From Cyanophora paradoxa CCMP329 (taxonomy: Eukaryota; Plantae; Glaucophyta): DNA of 64,000 nt. The notes under the pieces were generated by a model. The model did no database searches and had not been told where the DNA came from. It saw only the letters and a list, made by a program, of their open reading frames with translations. The stretch spans positions 124,001-188,000 of the forward strand of contig QPMI01000484.1 in assembly GCA_004431415.1 (NCBI GenBank), read 5' to 3'. The position numbers and the translations under genes are program-made. Shown here one piece after another: positions 36,505-48,366 of this stretch (positions are counted from its first letter, which is position 1; the number at the start of each line of letters is the position of its first letter).

Positions 36505-39500
36505 GGGTAATATACACGGACGCCAGCACACAAAAACAGGGCTCCGCCTCTGTCCGAACCACTTACGCCGGCCTGCACCCCTCGAAAATAATCCCGACCT
36601 GCCTGACAAAATCGAGTTCGCCCACCGCCTCCCGGCGTCCACATAACGTGAACCTGGAGAGCTAGCAGGCACAATCTCCGCAGCATTCACGTATTTCGGG
36701 CCCACGGGCGGGAAAATTATCACGGACAGTCAGAACACTATCCGAGCCCTGACAGCCTTCGCCTTTCAAGACCCTTCATCTTTCTCCCATCCCATCAACT
36801 TCCGCACCCTGCTCCGCCGAGAAGACGGGCCCTTCTCCTCAACGCTCGAACGCAATACGCCATTCGTATCGCCCAAGACCCGAACTTCCAAGTCACGCTT
36901 CAGTGGGTCCCCTCTCACCAACCAAAGACCATCCCGCGGCCACCTGCAACGGCTCCGACACCAACGACGACCCGCCGCCCGGCCCCTCTTCCCCCGCCGA
37001 CCCCGTGTCCCCGCAGCGGACCAGCTGCCCCCTTCCTACCGCCCCGCAGACATTCCCTGCCTCGGCTCCTTACCACTATATTGGTGGAATGGACATCCCC
37101 GACGCCCGACTCCTCTTTTCGGACGACTCCTCCCCGCCCTCCCTCCGTCACTATTCTCGTCCTCCTCCCGCCTCGCCGGCACATTCGCACATATATCCTA
37201 GCTGACAGCCCCGCCGACTACCATTTCCTCCGCTGCCAAGCGGACCTTGTTGACTATGTAGATGCCTCCGAGACTACCAACACCCATCTGGTCCTTGACC
37301 TTGTCCCCCTCGCGTCCGCCAGACTTGAACGCGCCTTCATGGCGGAGGACACCGTCATCTGGAACCGCTGCATCCGACTTCCCAAAGCTCATACTCTCTT
37401 TCTTTCCGACGAACACCTGACTATCGTCTCGGACTGTGACATCCTCCGCGCCTACTCCGCTTTCCTTGCAGCCTTAGGACGCAGAGACATCACTCACAAC
37501 ATCTCCTTCCAGTGCTGCTCCCTCCCAACCCAATCTTCCTTCAACCACTCCCGAGGACGCCCCTGATGTTGACCACCCTGATCCTGGGCCTACAAGGAAA
37601 CTCGCCCTCGACTATTACTTAGCCCACCCTAGGGGCTCCGGCCCCACCTGGCACTTCTACCCACTTCCCTCTGCAAACCCGCTGTCCCCGCCGACCGTGA
37701 CACGCCTCTCCCGCCTGGTACTGGGACGAGGACCTTACACTCGCCCCCACCTCCCAGACCGAGGCTGGCACCCCTCTGGTCGCGTACCACCGTTGCGACC
37801 CTGGCATGTGGGGCACCCCTATTTCCTCCCTGATCGCAGAACAATGGGCACGGGGACCCGCCCTCTCCTGCCCGCACTGCCACCCACCCCGCCCCGCCTG
37901 GCCCCCACCCACGTTCCCTCTCCGCGACCAAACCGGCGCCCTTCCTGTTTTATTCGAACGCTATGGACGCCGAGCCATCCCTACTCAGCTGCCATCGACC
38001 CCGACGGCCCCAGGTATGATCGCCGAGTACTTCCCCTCCTCGACGCATAAAATCTCGCCTGGCTGCCCTTAAAGCGGCCCCCTCTCCCTCATCGACCCCA
38101 ACCCTCGGTCTGGGGCCCACCTGGCCACACCGTTCTCCTCGCACAACCCATACCTGCAGAACCCGTCGACGCTTTCTTCAGACTTCTCCAAAACCGCCAA
38201 GTCTCCTTCCGCCTGCATGCCCCGACCACCCCAAGTGCCTCTTCCTCTCGTCCTCCCACGCAACCTCGATCCTCATGGGCACAGCCCCCACTGCCCTTCT
38301 ATCAAAGCCCGCGCAGGCCAGCCACAACTGGACCGACCCTACGTCCCGCACCCTTTCTCCCCAACGGAATACGATTATATTCTCCTCCCCCTGCCCCCTC
38401 TGGTCCCGACCCTGGCGACTAGCAATCATCTCGGCCCGCCTCCGCGAAATCCGCATCCTGGACGTCACCCGCAAACCCGCCTCCGACGTCACGGCCCCTC
38501 TTAAAGACTGGGTCATCAACTGGTGGACGGCGACTCTCCGCCCCGGCGACTCCTCCCCACGCTCGGCCTGGAAGTACGACACCAGCACCTTCCCCACACA
38601 AGCCTGGAAAAACGCTCACACGGGTGAAGACGCTCTCTTCGTCATGACCGCTGCTGAGTTCATTGGCCGCGGTGAGGAAGTCCACCTGTACGGCAAAGGA
38701 CGGGGCCGCCCCATCCCCTTCCACGCCCCCATCTACCGGGAGCGTTGGGCGGCCGCTCTCCTTCTCCGGGACCCTGAGATTCTCCTGGGGACAGTCCAGG
38801 CCAACGACCCGGCATTCACAACAAAACGACAGCGCATGACCCCGCGCACCAGCTCCCGCCTTTCCCAGCACACGGCAGCCAAAGCCCGCCGTCCGGTTAG
38901 ACGCAAGCGAGACCCCACCCCTCCTCCCTTCCGTCCTCCCCTCCCCCCCCCGTCCCTTACACCGGTAACCGCCCGGTCCCCCAATTCCCCTCCCTCCTCC
39001 CCGCAGCTCCCCACCCCCCCCCCACCCTGCCCTTCCCACCCCCACGCCCCCGGCGCCCGAGGCCCGACCAACTGCTTCCCAGGCCGAACCCCCGCTCACT
39101 CGACTGAATTTCCCCTCCCTCGCCCCCTGACGCTGGCGGAGAAAAGTTGGCTGGGGAATGCCTTCCGGTTTGCAGACAATGATTACTGCGCGGAGCAAAC
39201 TCTCATGTCGAAACCCCCCTCCCACCCGCCCCCCGACCTGATCCTCACCGCCACTCCCTCATTCGACGAGGCGACCTTATCCACCTCCGGCCGAATGCAG
39301 CCTCAGCCTCCCCTCGTGGAAGCCTTCCTTGACATGCTCTCCTCCCGCGAAGCCGCCCTGGCCTCGCCTCACCCTACCTACTTCCTGTCGTCCAGCTCTT
39401 ACCCCGCTAGTGCAGCCTCCCAATTTGACTCTCGGGCTCTGCCCCCTCCCCTGCACCACTACCTTCCCCCGGACGCCTTCTCGATGCCCGCCTTGTCCTC

Positions 39501-40505
39501 GTCCCCATCCTTACCTATCGCCCCACTCATCATGCCCCACCAGCCCCCTCGCCGACCCCTCCCTCAGGCAGATCCCGGCACCCTCAGGGCCCCCCGGGAC
39601 ACTGGCACCTACTTGCTTTATTTCCTCAGACGCGCTCGTTCTACATTCACAACGGCTCCCTCGACGTCCCTGATCACCTTGTCTCCTTTGCACAAGACTT
39701 GGCGGCCACTTGGAGTCAACGCGACTCTGGCTCTCCCCTCCCCCTCACTCCATTCTGCAGATGGACCTACCTACGCCCGGAGACATCCCTCTCCGTTCTC
39801 CAGCCTCCCAACAGCACGGCCTGCGGCCCTCTCCTCCTCCTCACAGCTGACCTACTCAGTCGCTCCTCAGCACTTGCCCCGTCGGACCTGCCCCGCCCCC
39901 CAGCCTACATTCAGGTCGACAATGCTGCGCTCCGCAGATACCGTGAATATATTGCCCTCAGCCTCTGCTACGGGTCCGTCACCCTCGACCCTATATGCTG
40001 TGGCCCTGCCCTCCCGGCCCTCAGGCCCCCCCCGACCTTCCCGGGGCGCCCCCGACCGCCACGCCGCCCCCCAGTCTCCACCGGCGGCACCCTCCCTACC
40101 CTCGACTCCCCACCACCCTCCCCCGACCGCCCAGCCCTCCCGCGCTCCCAACTGTGCTTGAGTCTACCCCGCCTCGCCCTGCAGGGCCCGCACCCCCTCC
40201 CTCCCGGTGCTCGCTACGCCCAAGAACTCGCCTCTCAGCTCGCCGACCTGGCCCGCAACGAAGCCTCCGCAACAGCACGCCGTCTCTTCCGGCCGTCCCA
40301 CGTGACCCCGCTCGAGGCGGCGACCATCCTAGCTGAAGCCGCTCACCGCGACGCCGCCCAGCCGCCACCACGGTCCGCCAAAGCATCTAAAACGGCCGCA
40401 AAGAAAGAGGCGGCCAGGACCCCGGCCAAGAGCCGTATCCCGAACCCAGCCTATACTCCTGACAACTGCCACAATGACGCCGTTGACAAGCTCGCCAAAA
40501 CGGCC
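36505..40505 (+). CDS. RNase H domain split by a large insertion
   Basis: VIYTDAS (D 36519), GELAG (~36656), IITDSQNTIRAL (~36722), LQWVPSH (36898-36918). The terminal helix motif HNDAVDKLAK appears only at ~40470-40500. Confidence 0.75.
38330..38790 (+). CDS. Degenerate Ulp1/SENP-like (peptidase C48) domain, copy 1
   Basis: EYDYILLP..PWRLAIISARLREIRILD..WKYDTSTFPTQ..GEDALFVMTAAEFI..PIYRERWAAALL parallels SENP ILLVPI..HWCLAVV..YYDS..PQQ.NGSDCGMF..YFRKRMVWEIL. The His and Cys positions are not conserved. Confidence 0.55.
39120..39975 (+). CDS. Ulp1/SENP-like (peptidase C48) cysteine protease domain, copy 2, catalytic His and Cys retained
   Basis: PLTLAEKSWLGNAF..LVEAFLDMLSSRE..TYFLSSSSY, then (one frameshift) LLDARLVLVPI..GHWHLLALFPQTRSFYIHNGS (His 39600-39602)..LQPPNSTACGPLLL (Cys 39822-39824)..RRYREYIALSL. 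Confidence 0.75.
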
Positions 40506-40929
40506 CCAGACGCCCCCCTCTCAGCCCTTCTCTTCATTCCTCACAGTTTCAAATGCTTCCTCATCCGCGTCGGCCTCCCGCCCCCGTCATCCCAAGGCCC
40601 AGTTCCAGGAGCCGAGCCTTACAGAGGCAGACTCCATGCATACCGCGTTGAGGGGGACCCCCGCTCTCACTTCCTAGCCGAAGCCTCCCTCTCCCAATAC
40701 CTCGACTGGCGCCAGCTTCGCAACGCGGGGGCCGTCCTCAGCAATCCTCACGTTACCCTCGCCCCAGCCCTCTCCCTCGTGTCCGACAAGCCACCGGACC
40801 GCCGTACCCCCACAGGCGATCACCTCCGCAAAGTCAGATTCCAGTGCATTCTGGGAGGCCTCCCCTCCCTCACCGTCCGCCTCCTCCACGACCCCGACCT
40901 ATACGGCCCCCTCTTTCCTGACGGTATCG

Positions 40930-41630
40930 CCCACTGCCCCTTCTGCCACCTCCCCCCCACCCCTGCCCCAGTCCCCGAGGACCCTACTTCCCCACCCCCA
41001 CCCTCCCCGCCCCCTGCCACGTGCACCCCCCCGGGCTCCCCCCCGCCCTCTTCCCCACCGAGGGCCGCAGACCCCAGACAGCCCGACCCTACAACCCACC
41101 CCCCCGAAGACTTCATTCACATATTTACTTGCCCCGCCGCTCGCCTCCTCCTCCAAGCTTTCCAGGATGCACTCGTGACCTTCCTCCGCACCCGGGTTCT
41201 CCGCCACTCGCCCAAACCCTTAGGACACGACGACACTATTTTTCAACTCTTTCCCTTCCTCCGCCTCGTCTCCCCTGACCCCGCCTCTCCCCTCCATTCC
41301 GCCCTCCTCTCCCCCACCGAAAACCCGGCCCTTTTCCGCCCCCCAGGTCTTACCGATACCCTATGGACAAAGCTTAGCCCGGCCTTGGCTGACATACTCC
41401 CCTTCCCCGCCCCTGCCCTCCTGCGCCTCGGTACCCCGGCAGGATTGCCCGCCCTCTGCGCAGCCCTGGGCATCAACAAGACCATCACAATGTCAATCCA
41501 AAAAGATTTAGCGCTACTCCTCGACCAACACCTCCGTGCGATCTGGAGGGACCGCTGCGCCCGCAACCACGCCTGGGAGCTCCGACAAGGCATCACTGAC
41601 AGAACCAAACGTCGATACCGCAAACATGCC
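40930..41630 (+). CDS. LINE ORF2 C-terminal Zn knuckle and IWxxR(C) region
   Basis: HCPFCH...(Pro-rich insert)...EDFIHIFTCP; AIWRDRCARNHAWELRQGITDRTKR. Confidence 0.75.
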
Positions 41631-42551
41631 GACACCAAACCCTCCCGCTCGCCGCCAGTACAGCCGCCTAGTCCCCCCCTCCCCCCCCCCCCCCCGCCCC
41701 CTCCCTCCATGATACCATCTCCATCACTGACTTCTGCTGCGGATTGGACTCGGAAGGCCAACCCTGGGTTCTCCTGGAAAATATCCGCCAAGCAATAGCA
41801 CGACTCCCTGCCGCCCCCTCACCCCAGGCCGCCCCTCCCTCAGGCCCTCCCTCCCCCAACCGCCCGATGCAGGACCCACCGCCGGGACATCTGACTTCTC
41901 TTGCACCTGTGGCACCCAATTTTCCTCCGCAGCTGCCCTCCAGGCCCACTCCGACGCCAGACGGGGAAAGTGCCCCGCTCGCCCAGAGACCACCTCATAC
42001 TCTCGACCTGCCTCCCAACCTGCTGCACCCCCAACGCAGCCTTCCCACAAGAACCCCGACAATAGCACCCTGCCCGCTCGGCCCGCGGGCCCTACGTCCG
42101 CTACTCAACCTTCCAAGCGCCCCGCCCCAACGCCCCCCTGGCCCTCCCTCGAAACGAACTCGCCCGTCGCCTGCCTCACGCAAACGGACAACCGCTACTC
42201 CCCCCGCCCCGGCACCCAAACGCCCGCGCCCCATGACCCCTCCCCTTCCCGCCTCTGCACCCGCCCCACCCGTACCTACGGCAAAAAGAAAGGCAACCGG
42301 TCGCAAGACCCCCAAGCGCGGGACCAAAAAAGCGCGAACGGTGTCGATACCTGCTGGACAACCCACAATCACGTCCCTCTTCGCACCTGGAGTGTACAAA
42401 CCACTAACGACGCTTCAAGTAGCCGACCCTCCCCCCCCCTCCTCGCTTCAGCCGGCCCCCCCGACCGGGACCCCGCACGGTGCCGCCCCGCGGCCCCCTA
42501 CGGTTCCTCCCCAGCCCCAACCGACTCACAAGTGCCGAACCCCTCGTTGAC

Positions 42552-42692
42552 TCCGGCCACCCCTATGGCTTCGGCCCTCCCCTCGGCTTCGGCCCCCCCC
42601 TCGGCTTCGGCCACCCCATCGGCTTCGGCCCCCCCCCCGGCTTCGGCCACCCCATCGGCCTCGGCCACCCCTCTGGCTTCGGCCACCCCCCC
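42552..42692 (+). repeat. 18-bp minisatellite (~7.5 copies) near the LINE 3' end
   Basis: cggccaccccatcggctt-like unit repeated, translating as GHPIGF/GPPLGF. Confidence 0.85.
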
Positions 42693-43276
42693 TACTCAGA
42701 CCGACCCCTCCCGACCCCTCGCGACCCGCCTCGCCTCCGCACTCCCCGCTCTCTGCGCCGCCTGTCAGTGCCCACGCTTACTCCACTCTGCCGTCCCGGC
42801 ACCGCTCCCTGCCCTGCCCCGCATCCGCTGCCCACCCCCTACCGCTGCCTCCGCCCACTCCCTCTCCTTCCTCATATCCTCCTCCTACCACCTTCTTCAC
42901 CTTGACAGAACGGGACACCGATTAATCGGGGTCCTGGGGCGCAGGTGAGGAGGAGGGAGGAGGCAGAGTGAGGAGGAGGAGGGGTGGCGGAGCGGCGACA
43001 AGGGAGGGCGGCGGACTGCGAGACATTTCACTTCCAGGGCTCATGAGGGATGGAGGAGTTGATCAAGGGGTGGGCGCGCGGGTCTGGTTACGGCTATCAC
43101 CGAAAACCATGGCTCCCCCACTCAGGCGAACCTCCCATATTGAGCGACCCATGGCCGGCACCTCGCTAGCATCTTCGACTAGATAGATGACCGGTCGGAA
43201 GGGCGCGTCACGTAGAACATTGATACATGTGCCGTGGTGTATCAATGCGACGTCCACTTTTGCAAAAAAAAAAAAA

Positions 43277-43294
43277 TGTCACGTTCTTTTCGTG
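43277..43294 (+). repeat. Right 18-bp target-site duplication of the giant LINE
   Basis: tgtcacgttcttttcgtg immediately after A13. Confidence 0.95.
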
Positions 43295-46200
43295 GAACCA
43301 CATCCTGCGGTCGAGGGTGTAACCGTGCCATTAATATTGACGCACGACAGCTCGTAATCACAACTCGCGATCGCGAGTTCGAACGCACGAGAAGTTGGAG
43401 TCGGCGAAGCGCAGCGAGTGCGCCACGGTGGGCTGCCCCCATCCCTGATACCTGGTGCGCTGCACTTCAGCTCGCCCCCTCGCAGAGCCCGATGCGCGCC
43501 GGGCGCACTTGTCGGGCTTCTCGGTCTGCAGCGGGATTTTCACGAAGTTCGGCTCGCCGTCGGTGACAGCGCCGCCGAGCATGCGCGCCCCGTTCGTCAG
43601 GACCGCGCGGATCAGCGTGCTCGAAGGCGAAAATCCGTTCGAGGCCGTCTGCAGAGGTCATAACATGTACAAGCAGGCTTTGGTTAACGTTGTATGTACA
43701 TCGAAGCTGGGCCGAACATATGCTCGAAGATGGTTCTAAAACTCGAACCTTGGAGCCCGTTGGGTAATATCTGATGCGGTGCGAGATCATGATCATGATC
43801 ATGATCATAAATATGATGTTTTTTAAACGCATGCGCATCACGCACCCCTCAACGAAATACTGGCGAACAAGAGTGGCAAGCCCCGCCATCTGCAATAAAT
43901 TCCAAGGCGGTTCGATTATGATCACGCCCAGCGACCCCAAACTACCGTAGTACGCGCGCCATGTCTATCCGAAAATGCTCACCGCCGGGGTTGCCATCGA
44001 CGTGCCCTGAATCGCCAGTAGAGCCGGCTTGACGCCTGGCGTGCCCGGGCCATCTGAAGCACGTTGCAAGAATGAGTCCAGATGCATCATGGCATTGCGC
44101 GCAACGTAAACACAAGTCCGCCGCGCACATGCTGAGCACTGGTTCGATCTGCAACGTAAACGAAACGACGATTAGAATGAAGTCGACAGAAGTGCGACTC
44201 GAAGTGCGATTGGAAGGGGTACGCGAGCTCGAGATCGACATCTAGACGCACGTCCAGTTTTTGTCCGCGTACGCCGAAACGATCTTGAAGCCCGGCGCCT
44301 GCGCACGCGCACGCGCACCGCGCTCACACGCGCGCGCCTGATCGAGCCGAGGAAGTAGCTGCGGACCACCAGATCCGGCTGCGCGCATATGCATGATCAA
44401 AACGTTGGATTCGATAAAGACAAGGCCCGGGGATCGGAATGGAAGGCTCGATCATGTTCAATGAGATTGCGAACCTTGATGCGCCCATCGTGAGCAGGAC
44501 CGCGAGATGAGAATGCTGCACCGGAAAACTATCAGTGCCACAAGTACACCCACAAACAAGAACAATTTAATCCTAGGTCTTTATCCTGAGCAAATGCCAA
44601 GCTGCAGATTGTGCTGCAGGACATTTCGGCGACATTGAGTTCGCGCACAGGCCATGTTGCTCTGGTTGTAAGCGCTTGTGTCAATGCGATCCCCGCAACA
44701 GCGGGCTGCCCGCCAGCGCGTGGGTCACTGAGTTTCCAAGGGGGGCGCCGCAAATGCACTGCACACCGTCTTCCCATCCCCCCGAAGTGGCGGCCGAACA
44801 GTCCACGCCCGAAGTTACGCATGCCGTGTCTGCTCAAACGTAGTAAGCTCAAAAGGCTGAGAATCAACAAATTGGTGGGCAAGGATCGGATCTAGAAGCC
44901 GTACAGTATTCTTCGTCGAACTTGCCGAGGGTCTTCCAAGCCTCCACGGAGTTGTGAGAAGCGCCGACAGCGATGCAGTTCTTGCACGTGGCGGGCTGCC
45001 GGCACCACACAAAAGAAATTACGCGCGCTCGTGTTCATTCGAATTCATACTATGATATTCCCGCGCGCACGGCGCGGCGAGATCTAGAGTGAACTCATTG
45101 TAGTCTTAAGCTCGCGCATGCGCGTGCACGTCTCCGAGAGTGCCCTCGTAATACGGGGGGGGCAAGTGTTATTCATCATGATTGGGCGTAAAGGGCATAT
45201 ATATATGGAACTTGAACTGAGTTTATGGTATGGAAAATGGTATTATATTATTATGTTATAGTGTTGAACTTGAGTTTTTATGTGGGCTATTAGTATTTTT
45301 CAAGGAGCGATAAAATGCGCATGCGCACGTCTCCAAGAGTGCCCTCGGCGGCGCCCCCGTGTCCCTGCAGCGCACGCGCAAGTGAGCTATAGCTGAGAGG
45401 GGTGCACGTGTGTGTTTAGAGCGGGGTCGCACGTCGTTCCCGGCCGCGATGAGCACCAGGAAGTCCTGCAAGTACGCGGGATTGAGCGCCCAGCGGGCCA
45501 TCCAACGAAAACGCTCCAGATCTTTCGCAGAAAGCTCAATCCAAGCGATGTCTGATGCACCTGCCTGCTGAACGAGAAAGCATCGACATCCTTTGCTTGG
45601 GTTTTGTACAGGTTACAGCTGTACACAGTTCGCGCGGTGTGAGATTGCATTGCTTGTTCCTGCATCATCGCGAGGAGCAAAGCGTAAGTACCTGGTTAGG
45701 TTGGGTTCTGCTGGGGAGCAACCCCACTGCAATGAAAAATGTCAGACGAGAATTGAGAGGTTCGGTCCAAGACCTAAAATCGAGTCGGTCACCGAGTTTG
45801 TGTGAACGCGAGCCCCGAGCTGCCGCGCGCGGCCGGTCAACGTTGCGGAATGTCAGCACGGGCCGGGCCGGGGATTCCTGCGAGCTCGAGCCCAGCTGCA
45901 GAGTTCGGGTTCACCTCGTATGCGGGCTGGAACAGGTCGAACAAGCTATCGGGGAGTGACATTGAGTCATTGAGATTGCCAATGTGCTGCATGCAACAGA
46001 CGGTGTCATCAGCCATATACAATCGATATCAGGCGCGCGCGCGTTTACAAGGCAGCCTCAAATTAAACGGCAACGGCGATCCAAGATCGATATTTTTCTC
46101 GAAGCGCTGGCGATCGCGATCCATGATCGATCGCGAATTCAAGCGGATCGGACCTGGAAGAAAAGCTTCGCCTCGTACGCGAGCCCGTTGTACTTCGACA

Positions 46201-48360
46201 TCTGAGGGCGCGCGCTCAGCAGAGTCGTCGGCGACTTCGACGGGAGAGCGAAACAGCGGTGCACCTCTGCGGCCTCGGTGGCGTTCGCCCAGTCCGTCGG
46301 GACTTTGCCCTAGACACATGCATACCAGTCATCAGCTCAAAGCACTCCGCATTAATATTTATGATTGAAGTAAATCTGACAATTCACCAGAACCGTTCCT
46401 GCGACGTGAGTTCCGTGCTGCGAATTTGATTTGGTCTCGTTGAAGACCGCGTCGGCATTCGGTGAAATCCAGTAACGGAGCAGCTGACAATTTGCAATAT
46501 TAATGTTTCAGTTGCACGTCGACGTCACATCCGATCATATTTTGGGGCCATATACATAGGATCCCGGAGCACCTTTTTGCGGTTGGTCAACGGGATGGCA
46601 TCTTTCGTATCCTTCAGAGTTATGTTTGCCAAGGCAGACGCGAAGGCACTGAGCACGCGCAAGCGATGGTTTGAAATTCAGTGCAAGTGAGCCGCCGCAC
46701 CGCAGGGGCGCACCTGGCCGTGTCGCTTCCACTCTCGAGGAATGAGCAGTGATCGAAGTCGAGGGCGTCGTCTGCGACCTGATCGAAACAACCGATCATC
46801 GGATCTCGATCGCGCTCAAAATGCCTTCCGGATCCATGCAATAACTAACATGCAAAAAATTCTGCGATATATATCTAGCGATGCGTGCTCGAGCTCACCG
46901 CAACGATCTGGTTCTCTCCGTGGATCCCGCGGGCCCAAATGGGGTTGCTCGCGATCGAGGTCAGGCCGTCTCCCGCTCCTGCGGATGCGGAGGAAAGAGC
47001 GCGCCAAAGGTGAGCCCCAGACGGCTGCCTCTGCAGCTGGCAGTCGAGGCGGCACCGGATGTCAGCAAAGTCGCGGCGTGTCTGTTGCGAAGCGTAGAGC
47101 GGGACACTCCGTCCACCCAGGACACGAGCGGCTGCTCGGCGATTCGAGCTCAACTGTGGACAATTCCAACGATCCATGGAAAAGAAATCCATGACCACCT
47201 CGTGCGCCAGACGCTCGGCGACGCGACTGGGGTCGGCGTTCCCGCAGAGGACGCGGACCGCCTCGCGCGAGGGGCGGACGGAAATCGCGAATCCAGAATA
47301 CTCGTCCCGGAGCGCCTTCTCCAAAGCGGCTGCACGCGCGCGCGCGCGCGCGGATTCAGCAAAACTGTGAAGGCAGACTTCCGAACTCATGCGTCTAGAT
47401 ATGGTAAACGGAACTTCGGACGCGCACCGGCGTACGCAGCGAGGTCGCCTTCGGCCTGAATGTGCGCGTGCAGCTCGTTTGTCTGGGCGGCAAACGAGGC
47501 GACCGTACGCGCAATCTGGGGCGGCCGCGGGGTTCAGCGTGGGGCGATCGATATCCGGATCCTAGGCCTGCAGCTGGGCGAGGCCGCGCCTTGTGCTCGG
47601 GGCGGTGCACGTCGATCCACTGCACGCCGGGGGCCGTTCTGCGTGCACATGTACACGCGCATGTAAGAAATTAAAGCTGGAATGGTCATTCGACATTATA
47701 ATTATCAAGATTCGAATTCGATTCGAAATCGAAATAAGTATACGCATGATCATGAGCAGCACTAGTCGAGAAAGATCTAGACGTCGACGTCGACGTTTTC
47801 GAATTCATTTGAATTGACTGCGCACCGCAGGCGCTCGGCCTGGCTGGGCGTGGCGGTGACGAGGTAGGAGTGGTGCGGGATGTAACCGCCCAGAGCGACG
47901 CCGGCGTGCGACTCGATCGCGGCCCGTGCCTGGACCGTCAGCGGGGCCCCGACGTGGACCTGATCATGACCGGAGCATCGATAACCCCACATGTACATCA
48001 GTGCTTGCCGGGTGATCATGACGACTGGCTTTGAGCGGTGCGCACCAGGTAGACACGCGGCTGGTCGTAGACGTCGTGCTGCGACTGGCCGCGGTAACGG
48101 TCGTGGGGCCCTGGCGACGACTGGCGGGCCCGGAGCTTCGCGTGGTGCGCGAGGGCCGGCTGGGCGTGCGTGTCGACCGATCGGCCGTTCGCGAAGCAGA
48201 TCTGCGCGAATACGGACGCCGAGACTCGTGAGTAACAGTAAACATGCTGCACATCTCCAAACGGATGCATATGTATGCGTGTCGAGGCTGTGACGGGCTG
48301 TTTGTACGTATACATGCATGTGTGCACGGAAGCGGGATGGTACGGATACGTATGCGTGAT
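43295..48360 (-). pseudogene. S8 subtilase paralog B, propeptide and catalytic-domain exons (gene disrupted downstream by the LINE)
   Basis: VADDALD (46758-46778), HGTHVAGT (46394-46417), LIAAGND, FSSRGP, QGTSMATP (43986-44009), MAGLATLVRQYFVEG, FSPSSTLIRAVLTNGA, YQGWGQPTV. Colinear with paralog A. Confidence 0.9.
45148..45319 (+). other. NUMT: fragment of mitochondrial-type SSU rRNA (V4 region) inserted in an intron
   Basis: gtaatacgggggggg caagtgttattcatcatgattgggcgtaaagggca matches the conserved sequence after the 515F site, in its mitochondrial GGGGGGGGCAAGTGTT form. It ends in ggagcgataaaatgcg (cf. GTAGCGGTGAAATGCG). AT-rich and absent from paralog A. Confidence 0.75.
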
Positions 48361-48366
48361 CGTGCG

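Larger units (their letters stand above)
13204..43276 (+). mobile_element. Giant (30,073 bp) non-LTR retrotransposon (LINE): ORF1 + APE-RT-RNase H-Zn knuckle, with Ulp1-like domains
   Basis: Perfect 18-bp TSD and A13 tail at 43264-43276. APE, RT (YADD 34488-34499), RNase H and CxxC..H..C motifs are on the + strand in canonical order. The + strand is C-rich throughout. Removing the element restores host exon MWFHEKNVTAANLG. Confidence 0.92.

Noticed and set aside
40930-41800. Dualen/RandI assignment (APE plus restriction-like endonuclease)
   Set aside because: No recognisable RH..PD..(D/E)xK motif after the Zn knuckle. The clade needs an RT phylogeny.
45148-45319. Functional rRNA gene
   Set aside because: Only ~170 bp, intronic, and absent from the paralog; treated as a NUMT.
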